A stretch of 64,000 nt of DNA from a virus (taxonomy: Duplodnaviria > Heunggongvirae > Uroviricota > Caudoviricetes), in IMG/VR virus record IMGVR_UViG_2778261035_000005. One strand, given 5' to 3'. Under the pieces are notes generated by a model. It did no database searches. It saw only the letters and a program-made list of their open reading frames with translations, and was not told the origin of the DNA. Within the stretch, counting starts at the first letter, position 1, and each line of letters begins with the position of its first letter. A program made the translations under genes and the position numbers. Of this stretch, positions 18,756 to 28,332 are shown piece by piece.

Positions 18756-19892
18756 ACCAGTATTAGTCACGTACACATTGACCGAAAATGATTTAACTTC
18801 TGTGTTGAAGTTGTCAGTCATTACCGCGAGGTAGGCATTCTTGGTATCTCTGAATTGCTTCAGTATGATTTGAACGTTATCGGTGCAAACAAACGAGGTA
18901 GCCAGATTGCCTCCTTTCTCTGAAAAATCCTTCAGGAAGGTGCAGTCAACTTTGCCATCATTAGCGGTGAAGGTAGCATCATCACCCTGCCAGGTAAATG
19001 TAGCGTTAACGCCCTTATCAATGGATTTAGCAATAAGTCGCTGGGTGGCGGATTTTGTTTTGGCTTTGGAAGCCGGCGCTCGATATTTGCCGCTTTCTTT
19101 CAGTTCTGCAATGTAATCACAGCCATTTTTATCTTCTTTATCACAAGCAGCCTGATAAAGCTCAGCTGCTTTTTTATAGTCTTTTTTAACCCCTTCACCA
19201 TACTCATACATAATGCCAAGATTTGTCATGGCATCGGCGTTTCCGAGTTCAGCAGCTTTTTTATACCACTTAATTGCTTCGGCATCGTTGCGTTTAACAC
19301 CTAAACCGTCATCGTATAAGGTGCCTAATGCGAACATGCCATCTGAACTACCTTGATCCGCCGCTTTTTTGTAATAAGTAAAAGCTTTTTTATAACTCTT
19401 TTGTACACCTTTACCATATTGGTAATACGCACCAAGAAGGTAGCTAGCTTTAACATACCCGGCATCAGAGGCTAGATTGAAGTATTTAATGGCGAGCGCA
19501 TGATCTACTTTACCAAGCATCCCCTTTTGATAAATAGCACCAAGATTGTTATAGGCTCTACCTTCACGAGCATCTCCCGCAAGTTTGTAGTACTCAACTG
19601 CTTTATTTAAGTCTTTATCTACACCCTCGCCAAATGTGTACATAACCCCAAGTGCATAATATGCTACTTTGTCTCCCTTTTCTGCAGCGAGATCAATCCA
19701 CTTCTTGGCCTCAACTACATCCTTATCAAAACCATTGATACCATCAAAATAATTTGTCCCTAACTCACTTTGTGCTGCGGTATCCCCTGCGGTAGCGGCT
19801 TCTATCAGCGTTTGTTTATTGTCTGCGTTAACGAATCCAGAGCTAAAAAGCAAAGTTAATGCCAGCAACGATGAAGATTTTATGTATTTCAT
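18747..19892 (-). CDS. Secreted Sel1-like repeat protein
   Basis: Signal peptide MKYIKSSSLLALTLLFSSGFVNA; at least six Sel1-type repeats (A..WY.KAA..G...A...LG.MY..G.GV); C-terminal ~110 aa of unknown fold. Confidence 0.75.
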   Translation of the reverse strand: MKYIKSSSLLALTLLFSSGFVNADNKQTLIEAATAGDTAAQSELGTNYFDGINGFDKDVVEAKKWIDLAAEKGDKVAYYALGVMYTFGEGVDKDLNKAVEYYKLAGDAREGRAYNNLGAIYQKGMLGKVDHALAIKYFNLASDAGYVKASYLLGAYYQYGKGVQKSYKKAFTYYKKAADQGSSDGMFALGTLYDDGLGVKRNDAEAIKWYKKAAELGNADAMTNLGIMYEYGEGVKKDYKKAAELYQAACDKEDKNGCDYIAELKESGKYRAPASKAKTKSATQRLIAKSIDKGVNATFTWQGDDATFTANDGKVDCTFLKDFSEKGGNLATSFVCTDNVQIILKQFRDTKNAYLAVMTDNFNTEVKSFSVNVYVTNTGSN

Positions 19893-20125
19893 ATTTTTTG
19901 TTCTGTTGATATAGGATGAACAGTTTAGACGCGGCAAGTGTCAAGTGTGCGAAAAATGGTACTTAAATTTAGTTAATATGTCAGCTTTGTTGATTTAGTT
20001 TATGGTCGGTAAAGTTACTAGGAAACTAATAACCATAAGAAATAGTACGTCATTTAATTATTGTGGCACTGCTCGTGTTTTGATTAACTAATACCTGCGA
20101 TAAATATAAATAAAGGGAAGCCAAC

Positions 20126-20539
20126 ATGAGCAAAAATAAGCTGATTTTAACAGGAGCTTTATTGTCTTTGTTTGCTTTAGTGGGGTGTAAGCCTACAGAC
20201 GAGAAGGCTATTGCTCTGGGCCAACAAGCAATTGCGGATGATATGAAAGATCCCACGTCGGTGATGTTTAGGAAAGATAAGTTTGTCAGGACTGATCATG
20301 ACGATGGGAGTGTGACAGGCTTTGTGTGCGGAGAATTGAACGCCAAAAATGGCTTTGGTGCATACGTGGGCTATCACTCATATGTTGTTGAACTCGAAAT
20401 GAAGCCAAAGGGCATGTTTTCGAAAGGGGTGGTATACAAAATCCTATCGAAGTCGTTGGCACCTAATGATCCTCATGACTTACAGCGTTATAAGCAGGTC
20501 TACAGAAAGATGTGCAACAGTGAGGCTGTAGCTCATTAA
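20126..20539 (+). CDS. Lipoprotein of unknown function
   Basis: Signal peptide with lipobox LVGC; AAGGGAAG RBS; hairpin follows at 20546-20572. Confidence 0.65.
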   Translation: MSKNKLILTGALLSLFALVGCKPTDEKAIALGQQAIADDMKDPTSVMFRKDKFVRTDHDDGSVTGFVCGELNAKNGFGAYVGYHSYVVELEMKPKGMFSKGVVYKILSKSLAPNDPHDLQRYKQVYRKMCNSEAVAH

Positions 20540-20664
20540 TGGTGAATGCCGGGCAGACTATAAGCCCGGCATCTTCGTATAGGGAACTATTGCGCCTAAA
20601 ATGATAAGTAGATACATACTTAGTTTTTTGTAAGAATACTTTCATCTGTTAGCTAGGAGTTGGT

Positions 20665-21441
20665 ATGAAAGACGAAATTCAGAAATTGGCCTGTGACATC
20701 ATTGATAAAACAGGTTTAGAAATCAGCGAGGGCAGTCGACTAGACATCATTGGAAAGGCCGTCAATACAGCAATGAATCATATCGCTGCTCGTATGGACG
20801 AGATCCCGCTACCAGGGTTGCCTTATCTGAAAGTTGAGTTACACGTATGGGGCGAACCTTCTTGTGCACGGCGTTCTGCATTAGTTGTTTTTATTAGCAA
20901 AGAAAACCCGCTCAGTCTTAAAGTGCAGGTTGGAGCATGGCTTGATGGCAGAGTGATCTACACAAATACCGTTTTTTGTCTTTCAAACGACGAAACTATT
21001 GAAGCGGCCATTCAAGAAGCAGTTCTAGCAATGCGCAGCAGCGGTTTGATGAAGAATAACTACGAAGAGTACTTGCGTTCGATAAGTGGTGAAAAGACAT
21101 TATCTCTGAAAGCAGATTTCGTTACCCCGAAAAATCTGTTGGAAGTTTTGATTAATAAAGGGGCTAATAGTGCCGTAAATGTAATCAGAGAGAGTGAATA
21201 CGCGTCTCTTTGGGATATGTGCAAAAGCCAGTTGGATCTTGTGCATATCGTTGTTGATGCGGGGAAGGCTTGTGATGGCGTAATGGCGGAATTTGCTGGG
21301 AAGATGGTCAGGATTGCTAACGAATTACCGATGATTAAGCAAGAGGCTAAATCATACGCCACCAATCATGTCACAGAGCTTCTTGCCCCTTATCGCTTAG
21401 AAAGCGATCAGCGCAAGATGATTAGCTGGGGAAGTTGGTAA
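20665..21441 (+). CDS. Hypothetical protein
   Basis: 258-aa ORF with AGGAG RBS; no recognisable motif. Confidence 0.5.
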   Translation: MKDEIQKLACDIIDKTGLEISEGSRLDIIGKAVNTAMNHIAARMDEIPLPGLPYLKVELHVWGEPSCARRSALVVFISKENPLSLKVQVGAWLDGRVIYTNTVFCLSNDETIEAAIQEAVLAMRSSGLMKNNYEEYLRSISGEKTLSLKADFVTPKNLLEVLINKGANSAVNVIRESEYASLWDMCKSQLDLVHIVVDAGKACDGVMAEFAGKMVRIANELPMIKQEAKSYATNHVTELLAPYRLESDQRKMISWGSW

Positions 21442-21508
21442 GCTCTCTGTGTGTCGTTTTTTACGCAAACAATGATAGGTAAGCACAAGATTATTTCTGG
21501 CGGTAATT

Positions 21509-21979
21509 GTGAAAGCTGATTTATCAAAAATCCCTTCTATTTCAGGAAATAACGGTTATTCACTTCGTTGTGAGGAAGTAAAGATAAACGGTGAGTCGGC
21601 ATATTGCAGCTATTCCGTTTGCCAGCACACCATTCTTGCCTTCAAAGAAAACCGTCTTCCTCGAACTTCTTTCCAGTCGTGCGCAACCGCTATTAAAGCA
21701 GGCAAATGCAAGGCGTTAAAAATGATGGTTGAAGAGATTCGTAAAGGAGAATCTCTGTATTTCGAAGATATGACCGCACTCATTAAGGAGGTTGAAGAAC
21801 GGAATAAACAAGCCAGAACTATAAAACGAAAACGTGACAGTGTAACGATTAATAGCATGGTTAAGAAGAGCGCCACATCACAAACAGCGATCACTGACGT
21901 GTATGCGGCGTTGCTTGAAGAAACAACAAAAGAAACACATGAGCAAATCGATCAACATATGGAGGCAAAACAACAATGA
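21509..21979 (+). CDS. Hypothetical protein
   Basis: ORF ending in ATGA overlap with the ligase gene; GTG start uncertain. Confidence 0.4.
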   Translation: MKADLSKIPSISGNNGYSLRCEEVKINGESAYCSYSVCQHTILAFKENRLPRTSFQSCATAIKAGKCKALKMMVEEIRKGESLYFEDMTALIKEVEERNKQARTIKRKRDSVTINSMVKKSATSQTAITDVYAALLEETTKETHEQIDQHMEAKQQ

Positions 21980-23298
21980 AAAAGTTGATCGCACTTAAGC
22001 ATAAGCTGGACGAAATGAAAGCTATGGGAACCAATGCAAAAAAAGAGGCATTGGCCAACATGGATGACTTCGAGCAAAGCATGGTTTCATTGATGCTCAA
22101 CCCTTTCATCCGTTTTGGGGTAAAGAAATACAAAGTGGTAGAGCCGCTTAGTGAGTCCGTCCCAAGTGACGAAAAAGCCATTGATATACTGAATAAGCTG
22201 GCCTCTCGCGAGCTGACGGGGAACGCAGCAATAGCTGCTGTTGAGTCTATCGTGGCGTCAATGTGCGCCGATGGGCAGGACGTCTTCCGTCGTTTCCTCT
22301 TAAAAGATCCGAAAGCTGGCGTTGGGATTAGCCTATGCAACAAGGTTTTTGAAAATCCCATTCCGAAATTCGAGGTGCAGCTGGCGTCACCGTATAAAGA
22401 AAAAGGCGACAAATACCCCTTCAAGCCAAACCCTAAAGCAAAATGGCCGATGATTGGCAGCCTTAAGCTCGATGGTTTGCGAGTAATTTGCGAGGTTATT
22501 GTTGACGAGGAAGAGGTTAACTTCCTTTCTCGTACTGGTAATCCAATCACGTCTCTCGATCACTTAAAGCCAGCCATGCTCGAATTAGGCAAACTTTCAG
22601 GCCACAAACACATCTTCTTCGATGGTGAAGGAACAGCCGGTTCATTTAACCAGTCCGTATCTGCATTGCGCAAAAAGAACGTGCAGGCAATTGGCGCTAT
22701 TTATCATGTTTTCGACTTCTTCCTACCGGAATGGCGAGCACAGGCTAAATCCAAAGAGTATGCAAAGACAGGTATGAAGCTGAAAGAGCGCCTGGCTATG
22801 CTGGTGGCGTTGTTCAAAAACGATCGCAGTGAAGGCTACACACAAGACATTCACCTGCATCCGTTCTACATCATCCATAGCCACGAAGACTTCATCGAAC
22901 GCTTCATGAAACGCCTGGACGATAACGAAGAAGGGGAGATGGGCAAAGATCCGAACTCTGTTTACGAGTTTAAACGTACCCGCAGCTGGTGGAAGTTAAA
23001 AGACGAAGACTCAGAAGATGGTGAAATTATCGACTTTGAGCCGGGCGACCCGGACTCTGGTTTTGCCAACACGCTTGGAAAAATTGTTATTCGCCTTGAA
23101 AACGGTGTGATTGTTCGTGCGAGCGGCATTAAGCATAAATATCTGGACGAGATCTGGAACAACAAAGAGAAGTACCGTGGTCGTATTGTCGAGGTTCATT
23201 GTCACGAGAAAACGCCGGATGGCAGCTTACGCCACCCACGACTGAAATGGCCGCGTTGCTTACGCGATACAGAAGATCGAATCGGAGATAAAGAATGA
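21976..23298 (+). CDS. ATP-dependent DNA ligase
   Basis: Adenylation motif I KxDG present as SLKLDGLR; 440 aa with C-terminal OB-like region. Confidence 0.7.
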   Translation: MKKLIALKHKLDEMKAMGTNAKKEALANMDDFEQSMVSLMLNPFIRFGVKKYKVVEPLSESVPSDEKAIDILNKLASRELTGNAAIAAVESIVASMCADGQDVFRRFLLKDPKAGVGISLCNKVFENPIPKFEVQLASPYKEKGDKYPFKPNPKAKWPMIGSLKLDGLRVICEVIVDEEEVNFLSRTGNPITSLDHLKPAMLELGKLSGHKHIFFDGEGTAGSFNQSVSALRKKNVQAIGAIYHVFDFFLPEWRAQAKSKEYAKTGMKLKERLAMLVALFKNDRSEGYTQDIHLHPFYIIHSHEDFIERFMKRLDDNEEGEMGKDPNSVYEFKRTRSWWKLKDEDSEDGEIIDFEPGDPDSGFANTLGKIVIRLENGVIVRASGIKHKYLDEIWNNKEKYRGRIVEVHCHEKTPDGSLRHPRLKWPRCLRDTEDRIGDKE

Positions 23299-23474
23299 TG
23301 CTCGGCTGGATGATTGCATTTTTAGCAGTTGGTTTTTTCATCGGTATTGTGGTGATGTCCAGTTGCATTAATGACTACATTAAAAACGGTGTTATAGAAA
23401 GACGCGGTCGCATTTATCGCATTGTAGAAATAACCAACACCGTGAAGGAGATTAAGGATGATCGTATTAAGTAA
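23295..23474 (+). CDS. Small membrane protein (59 aa)
   Basis: Not in the ORF track (below 60 aa); single TM helix then basic tail; start overlaps the ligase stop. Confidence 0.4.
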   Translation: MMLGWMIAFLAVGFFIGIVVMSSCINDYIKNGVIERRGRIYRIVEITNTVKEIKDDRIK

Positions 23475-23673
23475 ACGGGAGAAGGAAACACTTTATGAAA
23501 TCAGTAAGTGGCCGGAGTTCCCTGAGTACTGGAAGCCTAAAACGCGGGCTAAGTTAGAGCGGTTAGGGTTGGTTGCAAACGTTTCTGAAACGAGGGGGTC
23601 GGCCAACTACCAGTTAACTGATAAAGGGAAAGTATTGCTACAGCAATTAGTAGAATCAGGAGCGTTAAAATGA
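23458..23673 (+). CDS. Hypothetical small protein (71 aa)
   Basis: ORF chained by overlapping start/stop codons to its neighbours. Confidence 0.4.
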   Translation: MIVLSKREKETLYEISKWPEFPEYWKPKTRAKLERLGLVANVSETRGSANYQLTDKGKVLLQQLVESGALK

Positions 23674-23822
23674 TTCCATACATCTCATTAGCTTTTATGG
23701 GTGGCTTTCTTATCGGCTTCGGCATCTGTCGTGATTTAATTAAGCAGGAACTTAAAACCAAAACACTGTGCATCGGAAAGCGTGTGTATCGGGTAGTTCA
23801 TGAAACAAAGGTTAGAAAATGA
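23670..23822 (+). CDS. Small membrane protein (50 aa), paralogue of 23295-23474
   Basis: Same architecture and similar sequence (GFLIGFGIC...RVYRVV versus GFFIGIVVM...RIYRIV). Confidence 0.4.
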   Translation: MIPYISLAFMGGFLIGFGICRDLIKQELKTKTLCIGKRVYRVVHETKVRK

Positions 23823-24109
23823 GCAATTTAACTTCTTGGGACTGGTGGTTGGCCACCTATTTCTTAGCGGCCGGAGTCGCATTCGCCTTTTACGTAGGTC
23901 AGTTAGTCGTAAAACTGTTGCTGATTAAATTTGCTAGTCATAAACGTATCGATGATGGTCTGTGGCGTCTTGGCACCCTGGTGGAAACTCGCTACGGGCA
24001 ACTTAAGGAGAACGAAACCATTACTATCCAAGCGAAACGATTCACTGCCACCATCACAAGAACACCTAGTCGTAGAGTGGCCTTGATCAAAAAAGTCGCA
24101 ACCGAATAA
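23819..24109 (+). CDS. Small membrane protein (96 aa)
   Basis: N-terminal TM helix plus soluble tail; third member of the chain of overlapping small genes. Confidence 0.45.
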   Translation: MSNLTSWDWWLATYFLAAGVAFAFYVGQLVVKLLLIKFASHKRIDDGLWRLGTLVETRYGQLKENETITIQAKRFTATITRTPSRRVALIKKVATE

Positions 24110-24888
24110 AAACACAATGATAAGTATTTACTTACTTATCTTTTATGTATAAGATGACTTTGTTTTCGTTGAGACGCGACTGTTTGAACTTAAATACAAG
24201 TGCAAACGAAGAAGTCTATCTGGCAGTAGCCTAATAAGCCAAACACCAGCGAGGTCAGTTTCCAGCCTCGTTACCGAAATGGGACACACTGAGCGAGTGT
24301 GATTGCAGAACGCAGGAGGGAACATGAATGTTCCCTCCGATGAAGTAACAGAATGGGCGGTCAGTATATTTTCAACTCATATACGACTCCCGGATTCTTA
24401 TCCAATGACCGCCCATCCTGTTACGTCATTTTGTTCAATTATGTCGTTTATACTGGGTTAAAAAGCGGCGACGTAGCCCGGCTGGTATGGTTAGCCAGCA
24501 CACAACGTTGAGGCCATTACATTTTTATCAATTCTAAGGTTCTATTCACAGAGATACCGGCGAGCGTTGATATGTAACATGTTGGGCAAACATTCAATCG
24601 GAGTAGTGGCCTCAACGTTGTGAAGACAGGATAGTTGTGTAGGTTTAACCACTGTTGCCATTGGTGCCTGTTTTCACAACAAATGATTCCATACATCACA
24701 TTGTATAAATTACAAAGTAAGTGCAGTCCTCAGAAACATCATCTACTTAAAGATTTTGCCTTCTACTATTGAGCGAAGTCGAAAGCGTCTGGCACTAACG
24801 AAAAGTGCAAGTAGCGGTGCGTTTCCTGGCAGAAACTAAACCGTCGCGATTGGCACTGTTGAGTAATAAATACTGGCAGTGCCGAATT

Positions 24889-24963
24889 GATGGTGTAGCT
24901 CAGCGGTAGAGCAGTTGGCTGTTAACCAACTGGTCGGTGGTTCGAATCCACCCACCATCGCCA
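24889..24963 (+). tRNA. tRNA-Asn (anticodon GUU)
   Basis: Hand-folded cloverleaf: acceptor GATGGTG/CACCATC, D-arm GCTCAGCGGTAGAGC, anticodon loop CTGTTAA, T-loop TTCGAAT, 3-prime CCA. Confidence 0.8.
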
Positions 24964-24965
24964 AT

Positions 24966-25041
24966 GCCGGTTTAGCTCAGTTGGTAGAGCACCTGCCTTG
25001 TAAGCAGGATGTCAGCGGTTCGAATCCGTTAACCGGCACCA
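24966..25041 (+). tRNA. tRNA-Thr (anticodon UGU)
   Basis: Acceptor GCCGGTT/AACCGGC, D-arm GCTCAGTTGGTAGAGC, anticodon loop CTTGTAA, T-loop TTCGAAT, 3-prime CCA. Confidence 0.8.
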
Positions 25042-25254
25042 ACACAACAGGAAAGAGCATTGAGAACCGCCGAGACTGCCCTGTTTGAAGCGTAAGTCCG
25101 TGCAAACGTCATACAGTGCTCTTTTCGTTGTGGTGAATGCGGCTAAGCGCACGCGGGGAAATGGTTATATTGATCCTTTGTGATGACTATTGGCTCCGTC
25201 CACGGTGGATAACCAGCCAAAGGACACCGGGAAGCACCCGGCACCACAACAATT

Positions 25255-25341
25255 GGAGAGTAGGGAGCATGGTGCTCAAGCGGTCTTGAAAACCGTCCCA
25301 TTGCGCAAGCGATGATGGTTCGATTCCATTACTCTCCGCCA
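25255..25341 (+). tRNA. tRNA-Ser (anticodon UGA), type II with long variable arm
   Basis: Acceptor GGAGAGT/ACTCTCC, anticodon loop CTTGAAA, variable-arm hairpin GCGCAAGCG, T-loop TTCGATT, 3-prime CCA. Confidence 0.65.
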
Positions 25342-25496
25342 GACACAGCGTTGAGCGGTTTGGCCTTTTAATCACCCAGATTAAGACTCCGCTAACATAA
25401 ACCAGACCGCTCAACGCTGTGATAGACAATTACGGCAGACGTTCTTAACCATAGCTTGCTAACATCCTAGCAACACTTTTTTTCAGCGCAAAATTC

Positions 25497-25518
25497 AAAG
25501 GGGCTTCGGCCCCTTTTT
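25497..25518. terminator. Bidirectional rho-independent terminator
   Basis: AAAGGGGC-TTCG-GCCCCTTTTT, between the tRNA cluster and the 3-prime end of the minus-strand gene. Confidence 0.75.
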
Positions 25519-25525
25519 GGCTGGG

Positions 25526-26806
25526 TTAATTAAAACCGAATGAATCAAGTTCTGCTTTTAATTTATCGACCATTTTTTCAACTTCAACCACAATTTCGCC
25601 AATCACCTTTTCTTTGTGTTGATTAGAGCTAAGTTCAAAATAGGCGTTATATAACGCATAACGAGACAGAAAATTTCTAATCTCATTAGCGGGTCTAATG
25701 GTGTAGCCATCGGTTAACACGATATCGGTCTGTCTAGAGTGCTTCTCGTTGAGTTTTATTAGCCGCTTTATCTGTTTTTCATCCTTGAGCACTATCACTT
25801 TGTTAGCTGCAATTTCAAGCTCCCAGCCGACAAAATAACGCAGCGTAGAATTTAATTTAGCCACTTCCTCGGCTGCAATTTCCATTTTCAGCTCAATGTA
25901 GTTTCGCATATGCATAGGTAGGTCATTAAATCTTTGCAGCAAATGTTGTCGGCAGGGGTTGTTGTAAGACCAAAGAACTGCAAACGTAAGCCTATGATAA
26001 CAGCTTATCGCATTGGTATTACAGGCCGAATCACCAACAATCATGCGATCAACATAAAACTCTACGTCTTTTTGGTATTCTTTATTGAATATATCAGCGG
26101 CATAGGTGTCCAGGTAATGAACTTTAGATATTGCATCTTCAAAGAAAAGTTCATTTTCGAAGAAGTTGTATTTGTTCAGGAGACGATAAAGTTTCTTTGC
26201 GTCGTAGGTTTTGCTATTGTCGACATTAAGACCAAAAATAGCAATCAGCAGACTTACTTTTGGACTAATGCTGTTGCGCAGTTGTTCTATGTAAGATCTC
26301 TTTTCACTATCCGCAGATGACGGCAGATAGAAGTCTTTATCTACATAATTTAGAATTAAAATAATGTGGTTAACATACTTAATATAAACAGGGTTTTTTG
26401 TTGCATAGTAATAAACGCCCTTGACGACTTTTATATTCAATTTCAAATTGTACTGACTATCATCCAGTAAGGTTTTGTTAACATCCTCAAGTAATTTATT
26501 ATGCTGTTCAAGTAATATGCCGTACCATTCCTTAAAAGAAGATTTTTTCATTTCAAGAAGCGAAGCCGCCGTCAGCCTGGTCGCTCTCATTGCCGCCTTT
26601 GCACTATGCCTTGCCTCATAAGCGGCCCATGCTGTGGCTAAAAAGGCAAGTGAAGTAGCAAGCGTACCTATAACCTCTACGTTTTCCTTGACGGTATCCC
26701 AGAAAATAATCATCACTGTCCCAAGTATGAGGATTAACAAAACAGGCATTTTATCAGTGTCTTTGGTTAATTTTGAAACTGAATGATACCTAATCGACCA
26801 TACCAT
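25526..26806 (-). CDS. Hypothetical membrane-anchored protein
   Basis: Up to 426 aa; two N-terminal TM helices and a ~350-aa cytoplasmic domain with no motif I can place; AT-rich codon usage; start may be 26749 instead. Confidence 0.55.
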   Translation of the reverse strand: MVWSIRYHSVSKLTKDTDKMPVLLILILGTVMIIFWDTVKENVEVIGTLATSLAFLATAWAAYEARHSAKAAMRATRLTAASLLEMKKSSFKEWYGILLEQHNKLLEDVNKTLLDDSQYNLKLNIKVVKGVYYYATKNPVYIKYVNHIILILNYVDKDFYLPSSADSEKRSYIEQLRNSISPKVSLLIAIFGLNVDNSKTYDAKKLYRLLNKYNFFENELFFEDAISKVHYLDTYAADIFNKEYQKDVEFYVDRMIVGDSACNTNAISCYHRLTFAVLWSYNNPCRQHLLQRFNDLPMHMRNYIELKMEIAAEEVAKLNSTLRYFVGWELEIAANKVIVLKDEKQIKRLIKLNEKHSRQTDIVLTDGYTIRPANEIRNFLSRYALYNAYFELSSNQHKEKVIGEIVVEVEKMVDKLKAELDSFGFN

Positions 26807-27080
26807 TTCAGCTAGTTTAAAGCTGTCTTGCCGGTTCTAGTGTGTCAACCTCACAAAGCCATTTCTGCTTAGTAACCAAACACATTAAATAGGTAATGAC
26901 TCACCTATTCATTTTAGCTATAGTCACGACACTTACTCACTTGAAAGGACTCTATATGGGAAACAAACGTAAACAGGCGCGTCGCGCAGCTCGTCAGGCA
27001 GTGAAGTCAAAGCCACGCATCCACGGCTACGAAATTGACACAATCATCGTTAATGAACAGCAGTTGCACGAGGTGAAGTG

Positions 27081-27326
27081 ATGAAAGTCGTTATCTACGG
27101 ACGAGATAACTGCTCATACTGCAAACGTGCGGTCGAGCTGGCGAAGCAACTAAAGGGACATGGCTACGGTGATTATGAGTACATAAACATCACCACTGCC
27201 GGTATCGATAAGGAAAAACTTAGCGAAATTGTTGGTAAACCGGTAGAGACTATCCCCCAGGTGCTGATCGATGGCCAGCCGATTGGCGGATACACAGAGA
27301 TGGCATCTTTCGTAAGTTTCTTATAA
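27081..27326 (+). CDS. Glutaredoxin-like protein (phage NrdC/NrdH-like)
   Basis: Active-site CSYC near the N-terminus and conserved TIPQVLIDGQPIGG; 82 aa. Confidence 0.7.
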   Translation: MKVVIYGRDNCSYCKRAVELAKQLKGHGYGDYEYINITTAGIDKEKLSEIVGKPVETIPQVLIDGQPIGGYTEMASFVSFL

Positions 27327-27363
27327 GTAAAAGCCACATCTTTGTACATATAGTACATATAAC

Positions 27364-27388
27364 AAAAAAGGCCCATATGGGCCTTTTT
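27364..27388. terminator. Bidirectional rho-independent terminator
   Basis: A-tract, palindrome GGCCCATATGGGCC, T-tract. Confidence 0.7.
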
Positions 27389-27510
27389 CATAACTTCTAG
27401 CTAACCACTACAGTGGCTTAAAGACCACTTCACCCTTGCGTTCAGCTTCAGCTTTAGCAGTCATGAATCGTTTGATCATTTCGACTTTGCTAGCATGGAT
27501 AGTTTTAAAA

Positions 27511-28065
27511 TCAATCTTCCCTTTGTTTTGGGTAGTGTTGTGTTCGTATCGCATAGGAAGCTCCGTCATTTAAATAAGTTAGGCCACGCTCTTGTGTAAA
27601 TCTCTTCACATATCTCTTGTATGTGGCCATCAGTTCTTCGCGTTCTGCCGCAAAGAATAAAATCTGTATGCCTTCATTGTCGGCAACTTTGAGCATTAAG
27701 TCAACTAAAGTACCGTAAAGGTATTGAAGTTCACCTAAAGTAAGATTAAAAGACCCTTCGGGTTTGGCAAATACGTTAATTGGCTCTTCCGCTCCAAGAG
27801 CGACATTCTGGAGCTGTTCTTGCTGCCTGTCAAGTTGAATCATGTCCACAAAACTAACGACAGATACACACAACCCATAAACATCAGCACCTAACATATT
27901 ATGCATAGTTTCTGCGGCAACAGGATCTAAAGAAGGAGGGCAAAAGACTAAACGGTATCTAGCCTTACGAGCTTCATTGCCAGAGAAAACAAAGTCTATA
28001 TCTAAATATGACAGATCACCCGGCAATGAAGCCAAACCAGGTGTAACCAACTTATGCAAGTGCAT
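27511..28065 (-). CDS. Hypothetical protein
   Basis: 184-aa ORF on the opposite strand; no recognisable motif; a 47-aa ORF (27413-27553, minus) overlaps its 3-prime end. Confidence 0.45.
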   Translation of the reverse strand: MHLHKLVTPGLASLPGDLSYLDIDFVFSGNEARKARYRLVFCPPSLDPVAAETMHNMLGADVYGLCVSVVSFVDMIQLDRQQEQLQNVALGAEEPINVFAKPEGSFNLTLGELQYLYGTLVDLMLKVADNEGIQILFFAAEREELMATYKRYVKRFTQERGLTYLNDGASYAIRTQHYPKQRED

Positions 28066-28332
28066 CTGTCTCGAATCCCTCTTTATTAGTATAAGTTGTC
28101 TTATTGTACCCTACCAAACGTTTATATGCATTGTTATGTATTATTTTGATTTTCAATATTACCTCCTAGAACGAAGGGTAGATTTCAAAAAACGCACCCT
28201 CAATGATTCCATACCTACTATGTATGGAATCATTACTGAAAATGAGTTACTTTTACTCTTGATCCTATAAGAATCTATGCCTAATATACTGTTTACTTAT
28301 ACAGTGCATCGGCGTAACTCGGTGATTGTCAT

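Noticed and set aside
21891-22550. 219-aa minus-strand ORF overlapping the DNA ligase gene
   Set aside because: Antisense to a gene with a clear KxDG ligase motif; no independent support.
24460-24640. Possible fourth tRNA or intron-containing tRNA in the long inverted-repeat element
   Set aside because: No D-arm or T-loop (GGTTCGAATCC-type) consensus and no acceptor stem pairing; kept as a structured element only.
25934-26320. 128-aa plus-strand ORF inside the 426-aa membrane protein gene
   Set aside because: Antisense shadow ORF in an AT-rich gene; no RBS.
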